Shown one piece after another: positions 63,561 through 64,000 of a stretch of DNA of 64,000 nt. Under the pieces are notes generated by a model, which was not told the origin of the DNA, did not search any database, and saw only the letters and a program-made list of their open reading frames with translations. Each line of letters opens with the position of its first letter. The stretch's first letter is position 1. The position numbers and the translations under genes were made by a program. This DNA comes from a bacterium. Lineage in GTDB: Bacteria > Patescibacteriota > Gracilibacteria > UM-FILTER-43-11. The DNA lies in assembly GCA_030427295.1 (NCBI GenBank), contig JAUHWS010000001.1, positions 14,079 to 78,078 on the forward strand, given 5' to 3'.

Positions 63561-63921
63561 GGCTAGAGGGTTAATGAATTAAGTAATTAACCTTATACCC
63601 CACCATACCACACCTTAAATTTTTGTAAAATTTTTTCTCCAAAAAAGTCATGCCACTCAAAGCCTTGACTTCTGCAGTCAATCTGATACACTCATTTTAA
63701 TAACTCCCTCATACATACCCACCACAGCACTTAAGCACAGACAAAAATGAACTAAACGCTAAACGCTGACCGCTACTCAAAAAATTGAGCACAGCCAAAA
63801 CCCAAAGCGGTGTGTAGAAGAGTTAATAACATATCACGAATGGATTCGCGCTCCACGTTGGTTTGTTTTTATTTAAAAATCAATGTCGGATTCGACATTC
63901 CATCCACAACCCCAAATAAAC

Positions 63922-64000
63922 ATGGAAATGCCCCTTTACCTCACCTACGACGACGTCCTCCTCTTACCCCAATACTCCGAGATCTTACCTCGGCAAGTCG
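63922..64000 (+). CDS. guaB: IMP dehydrogenase / GMP reductase family protein, N-terminal 26 codons only
   Basis: MEMPLYLTYDDVLLLPQYSEILPRQV matches the conserved IMPDH N-terminus (LTFDDVLLxPxxSxVLPxxV). It runs off the window end. Confidence 0.6.
   Translation, partial: MEMPLYLTYDDVLLLPQYSEILPRQV

Noticed and set aside
1-64000. An alternative genetic code (UGA recoded, as in some candidate phyla).
   Set aside because: Long conserved genes (rpoB, rpoC, fusA, tuf) are uninterrupted under the standard code. Conserved genes such as murF, ftsE and the DUF1704 gene end at TGA at positions consistent with normal protein lengths.

Overview
This is a compact, gene-dense bacterial chromosome segment using the standard genetic code: TGA, TAA and TAG all terminate well-conserved genes, and rpoB and rpoC have no in-frame stops. 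The housekeeping backbone is rny, murF, murA, pheS, rpiB, rpe, ftsE, purM, dprA, rpoB-ssb-rpoC-rpsL-rpsG ... fusA ... tuf-rpsJ, the 5' end of a guaB-like gene, and one tRNA-Arg(GCG). No rRNA, CRISPR array, transposase or integrase is visible. No Shine-Dalgarno motif is visible upstream of even the most conserved genes. The gene content (an LTD/PKD/SNase surface nuclease, DUF368, an SLH protein, many ORFans) suggests an uncultured small-genome lineage such as CPR/Patescibacteria, possibly Peregrinibacteria-like. That placement is inference only. Accessory content: RelE/Phd-like and MNT/HepT toxin-antitoxin pairs; a frameshifted GIY-YIG gene flanked by hairpin repeats; a DUF559 gene; a JAB/MPN peptidase next to a small protein with GG near its C-terminus; a peptidase-S74 (tail-fibre-like) surface protein cluster; a TIMP/NTR-like protein; and ORFan islands that split the normally contiguous rpsL-rpsG-fusA-tuf-rpsJ block. 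The most unusual signal is non-coding and has three parts. (1) A family of about 220-260 bp intergenic modules is bracketed by paired GTATATAC boxes: 7 copies plus a perfect 42-bp triple-box palindrome. Several of these abut stop codons directly. (2) Many of the intergenic spacers inspected contain short-period tandem 'word' arrays with 7-, 10- or 11-nt periods, including six 11-mer CGAATGG/CGGATAG arrays. The arrays start at stop codons and in some cases run right up to start codons. (3) A candidate orphan structured ncRNA of about 420 nt has its own near-consensus promoter and intrinsic terminator. Coordinates of non-ORF features were read by eye and may be off by a few nt.
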